Shown piece after piece: positions 59,301 to 64,000 of a stretch of 64,000 bases of DNA (positions are counted from its first letter, which is position 1; every line of letters begins with the position of its first letter). The DNA is from Balanoglossus misakiensis (lineage: Eukaryota; Animalia; Hemichordata). The notes below the pieces were generated by a model. That model was not told where the DNA came from. It did no database searches and worked only from the letters and a program-made list of their open reading frames with translations. The position numbers were made by a program, and so were the translations under genes. The stretch covers positions 10,022,390 through 10,086,389 of the forward strand of contig CM082580.2 of assembly GCA_040954595.2 (NCBI GenBank), in the 5' to 3' direction.

Positions 59301-62300
59301 GCTTTCCTACCACACAGCAGTATGACAGCTTTGACGGCTGTCAATTGAGCAGTCACATTAATTGAGGAGTCCGTTTATAGATTTTTTTATCATGTGATTC
59401 TATGTGAATGGGATTGGAAAAAGTGTTTGGTATAGATATATTTCGAGATCAGACAGGGTTTGATTTTACACAATATTCACAATTTTTCAGAAACTGACAT
59501 TCTTTGATTTGTTATTTTCGCAGGAAACTGGCTTTGCCAAACAGCTGCTGCTGTTTGCCACATTCCAAGAAGTCAAAAGTCACAATGCTTTGGTTAAACA
59601 CCTCAGACTTGGAACAGTAAGTGTCTCTTGATCATGAATATCAGACCAGAGTTTCTCGGGGACAGTAGCTGCAACTTTTGGCAAATGTGTAATGACTGTT
59701 GTTATCACTTGTTACCCGGCGCTAATTTACTTTTCCCTTGTGTTTTCCTCTTGCAGAATCATGAAGATTTCGAACTGAAGAAGCTACTTACTAATACCGT
59801 TGTTGTGCTCAGCAAAGACCCCAACATAATACCGGTAAGGGATACTCTACATCTGATCCACATCCAAATAGCGCGTTCATAGGAGGTTTTGTTGTACCAT
59901 TGTGTGTTTGTATTCTGGGTTTCCTCTATTGCCTTCTCTTACATCTCGTATCCTTTTTTCCCCCTTCGACCAGTTGATATCTGAGGGCAGAGTTCTGCTG
60001 GCCCTCTTCTCCTTTGTCCGCAACAACGAGAACATCTCCGGAGCCCAGGAGTGGTCGCCGGCCCAGTTTGAAGAACTGCAGCTTCACTGCATGGCGGCGC
60101 TGTCCAGTCTGGCACCGCTGTGCGTGGACGACTACATGACGTGTCAGGGCAGCACGCGTCTTCTGCTCCTCCTGGAGTGGTGCGTCAGTCAAGGTAATGT
60201 ATACATTGTATGTCTTTAGACAAGTACATGTATCACCTTTCCTTACCCGCTATTTGGTTCAATTGATTCATTTCACCCTCAGTCAAAAGTACTCTATTGC
60301 CAAAATGCGTAACTTACACAATCTCATTTTAAAACCTTCATCCAGATGACTTTGGTGGCCATGGCAATGCCTACCACGGCAAAGGTGGCCGTGGCAACAA
60401 GCGGGCGCAGATGAGATATTGCCTCCACATCCTCCGGAGTATGGTTTCCCTGGGAGACGACAACGTCAACCAAGACTTTGTGGATCAGGGAGCAATCAAC
60501 CAGTTCATCAGTAAGATGTTTTTTTCATGATCATTGATTCATCAGTGGTTTGACACAAGTTTGATTAAAGAAACACAAGCTGATCATCAGTTGAAACTCC
60601 TCCAAACCTATTTCTTTGCTATGTTTAATGTTTTCAAGGAGTTAGAGATTTTTCTCCATAAACTTAACACCGTGATTGGCGGCCATTTTGATTAAAAATG
60701 TCCGTTGTCCCCTAGATATCCTGAACAATGCCTGCCTGTCAGAAGACGAAGATGACGCCATCGATTTAGAGATCCAGTGTGACATGCTCTTCATAGTGTC
60801 GGCTCTGTGCGAGGGTGATCTTCACCGCAAGGAGCTGTTCGGCGGCCAGGGCGTGGACGTCGTCCTGCAGTACCTGAAGACGGATCCCATGAAGATCAGC
60901 AGCGGCCTGGGTCACCACCGACTCATGCTGGCCACTGTGGACTGCATTTGGTGTGCGGTGGTCGGGTGCTACATGAATGAGGATCTCTTCTTGGAGGGAG
61001 AGGGAATGTTTTTGCTGCTGGATCTCCTGGAGGTGAGAGTTTCATGATACACGGAATGCCAAGATTTTCTACTTAGGGTAGTCCCAGATACTTGGAAGAT
61101 GAGAGTGGGGATTAAAGGTCAATTTGAGAAGAAGTAAGGGGTTGGTGTGGAAGTTGCAGCGAATATCATCTTGTAGTGCAATTGATATTTTTCAACTAAT
61201 ATTGACATGTTCTTTTCCTCTGCTTCGTTCTGCATACAAGGCCTGCCCTAAGAACATGCACAACCTGATCCTGGGCTGCATACTGGACATGTGTGAGAAC
61301 CCCAAGTCTATCCACCACGTGATGACGTGGCGCGGCAAAGAGGACAGGACGGCGCCGAGTCTGTTTGTTGAAATCTGGAGGAAAGAAGAGGAGGCCATTG
61401 GAGTCAAGAGAGGACCGCAAGGCACTATTATAGGTCAGTGACAGGTTGGAGCCTTCATAGATTTGTTCATTTTGTGGGGACATAGCAGATTATTATTATT
61501 ACTGTTTTATCAGGTACAATGTATACTTGTAAGTGAAGATTAATTGAAGAATGATGAATTTGTGTCCGGTTTTCAGATACAGACAAACCACTGATGGGAG
61601 TTTTACAAGAAGACCAAGGCGTGATTTCTTTGCCAGCACACTGTCCGAGCCAGGCTATCGTCGATGTGTCTGAGAACATGCGAGCCAAGATCTATGCACT
61701 GTTCTGTAAGATTGGTGAGTTTGGGCTTGGTACTTAAGTCTTAAGTCTGGCTAAATTTTGTTAAATAATTGTTTTGCAATCTCACTTCTGGAATCTGCTT
61801 TGAAATTTGTGTCGTCGCAGGTTTCAGCGAACTGCCCGGATTGTCGATCGAGGAACAGGTGACGGTCACCATCATCGAGAGATACATGGACTTCAAGTTA
61901 GGGGAGGTGTGGGGAGAGGTCATCTCAGAACTGGAGCAGGAACAAGTGCGCCCCATCACGCCGGACAGGGAAGCCCTGGAAACCATCACCCGGGCGTTTC
62001 AGGAGAAGGTGGCCGTGGTGGCCGAGACTCAGATGGATCTGCTGGACGGGCAGAAACAGAAAGACATGGATGATGAGCAGGAAATGTACACCGAGGTACA
62101 CATTAAAAAAAGTTGATGCCATGTTTTTGGGTCTTCCGCAAAGTTGAGCCTTTGAGTGGCGCATTGCAAGATTTTTATCGTTTGCACACATTTTATCCTA
62201 TCTTTTCCCTTAACTCTACACCAAGTAGACATAAATTTTCCATAATTTACAGGTTCTGCCTGCAAATTTCCAAAACTGACGTACAATACTGAATACATTT

Positions 62301-63161
62301 ACAGCCACTTGTGTGCGTTAACAATCACTGATTCTGTGATTTTTGTTTTTTTCAGATTCGTGAAAATCACAGACAGAAAGAGAAGTCCATCCGAGATTGG
62401 AATGATTACATTGCCAGGGTCTCCAACTACGAATATCTCAAGGTAAAATATGAACCTTTGTTCCTGTTGAAATAGCCAATCAAATTAAAAATTTCTAGTT
62501 GAGAAACAAGATATGACATGGCTATTTTTTTTTAACATTGCTGCTATTGATTGAGATTTGGTTTAAAGACATGCCTCTTTTCTGTACATAACAGGATTCC
62601 AAGAGAAGAATGGACAGCTCGATTGAGAACTCCAGAAACCAGACCAGATATAGAGAAGTGTGAGTAAAGCCCTGTACCATCCTTCACATAACAGTAACAG
62701 TGTAAACTTGATTTGTACCCTGTCACTCAGCACCCACTGTATGTCAACAACCATGTTTCTATAGCCATGCTCAAAAATTGTCCACCAACTCTGTTTGACC
62801 AAACCTTTGATTTTATTTCTACAGAGAGCTGTTCCACTCTACAGACGAACCCAACCTACAAACAACGGTAAGTTGACTTGAGTTTCATTTCTACATGAGC
62901 CCAAAACCCCCAGTCCTTGTTGCTTTGCTGTTGCTTACATGTACATACAGTTTTGAGATATTTGCCAGGTTGAATCCAGGGCAATGGGAATACCTCTGAC
63001 TCCCACAAATCCCACTCTCATTCACACAGACATTCCAGGGAAGACACATCACAGTGGCCAGCACTCCACTGGAACTGACCGGAGCACCCATCCTGAACAC
63101 ACTGACCCACGACAAAGATAAGGGCGTCACTATGAAAGAACAGACCACAATAATTGTATGA
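56035..63161 (+). CDS. CFAP69: Cilia- and flagella-associated protein 69
   Basis: About 24 exons (approximate): 56035-56115, 56357-56419, 56619-56684, 56916-57025, 57210-57286, 57429-57601, 57720-57880, 58036-58132, 58259-58324, 58504-58564, 59524-59616, 59757-59833, 59974-60193, 60346-60510, 60716-61032, 61241-61433, 61577-61713, 61821-62095, 62356-62442, 62595-62659, 62825-62867, 63030-63161. Peptides DLVQVFKILN, LPFLKEKSSDE, LMRVPSSEVRSQICK, LLFRSVEILWNLLE, WSPAQFEELQLH, HGKGGRGNKRAQMRYCL, ENMRAKIY and YMDFKLGEVW match CFAP69 as I recall it. Confidence 0.88.
56261..56335 (+). repeat. Compound (GGT)n/(GAT)n microsatellite in CFAP69 intron 1
   Basis: atgatgggtggtgatggtggtggtggtcgt followed by a pure GAT run to about 56335. 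Confidence 0.9.
56685..56915 (+). other. U12-type (minor spliceosome) GT-AG intron in CFAP69
   Basis: 5' site |GTATCCTTT at 56685. Branch site TTTCCTTAAC at 56894-56903, about 12 nt before CAG| at 56915. No polypyrimidine tract. Removal joins YKNGF|LMKDLVQVF in frame. Confidence 0.88.
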
Positions 63162-64000
63162 TTTCAACATCCACCCCTCCCTCCCCCCAGAAAATACTGT
63201 GATTTGTTGTCATGTTGGAGTCACAAAACCATATTTTTAATATTTTATCAAATCCGTACCAGAAACTTGTAAATAATATAAATCTTCTTCCCCTGTGCGT
63301 GCAAGCATTTTCTATATATAACCAGCACATGACCTCTATGACTTTTGTAATAAAATATGTAAAGTACTCCCTTTTGCATTTAAAATTTTCTTTTGTACAT
63401 ACATTCTTGTGTGTGAAAGGCTCTATGATCAAGGCGAAATGACAAGACAACATCCATTTAATTTTCATTGAGCCACACTAGTTGATATTCTCCATCCTCT
63501 TTTGAAATTAACCCCCTTTTTTTGAAAGTGTTATGATGGACAAGATCCCTGAATCAAGTGAGGAATCAGCAAATCATTTGATATTGCCAAGATGATATAA
63601 GTTTTCTTCTTTTGGTTGGCACCACCAAGTACAGTTTCTGCTGTATGTGTTGTTCTTGCAAAAATAATACACAACATCTAGTGAATGAAAATGATTTTTA
63701 ATTATTTACTTAACATAAATAAAATTTATATGTAAATAATATGAAACGGTTCAGTTATTGCTGTTTATACGAATTTCTAAGGAAGCTCTTGAAATGAGAA
63801 TGTTGTTATTTAATAGTTATAATGTACCTGATTTCTGTTGTTCCTGATACAAAATGTAAACTTCACAGACATGATATGATTGTGCAATACATACATAGAT
63901 AAAAAAATTGAATGATCACCATCATGGACATACATGTATTTGCAGAACTGAAAGCTTACTGCCAGAATGGATGTACAGTAGGTCACATTTCTGTTCGTGT

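Overview
Intron-rich animal (bilaterian, probably marine invertebrate) genomic DNA, not prokaryotic; most entries in the ORF track are exon fragments or shadow frames. Reading GT-AG splice sites by hand gives nine protein-coding genes. (1) The 3' part of a LOXHD1-like multi-PLAT gene (+, <1-13703). (2) A KIF17/OSM-3 kinesin-2 (-, 18329-25838), with a non-coding first exon ending near 30819 and a 694-bp MITE in intron 1. (3) HSD17B14-like SDR (+, 31819-34474). (4-6) A tandem trio of single-pass type I membrane protein genes (+, 35604-48237). They share one exon plan: signal exon, Cys micro-exons, and a Trp codon split just before a TM + acidic disordered tail exon. One keeps a WBP1/VOPP1-like Cys ectodomain; two have it cut to a 2-Cys stub and carry LC8-type QT motifs. 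(7-8) Two tandem paralogous secreted Cys-containing proteins of unknown function (-, 50455-55062). (9) CFAP69 (+, 56035-63161), with a U12-type intron. The trio is the best candidate for an undescribed system. Candidate micro-exons, RFX X-boxes and a second MITE were also seen. All gene models are manual and need RNA-seq confirmation.
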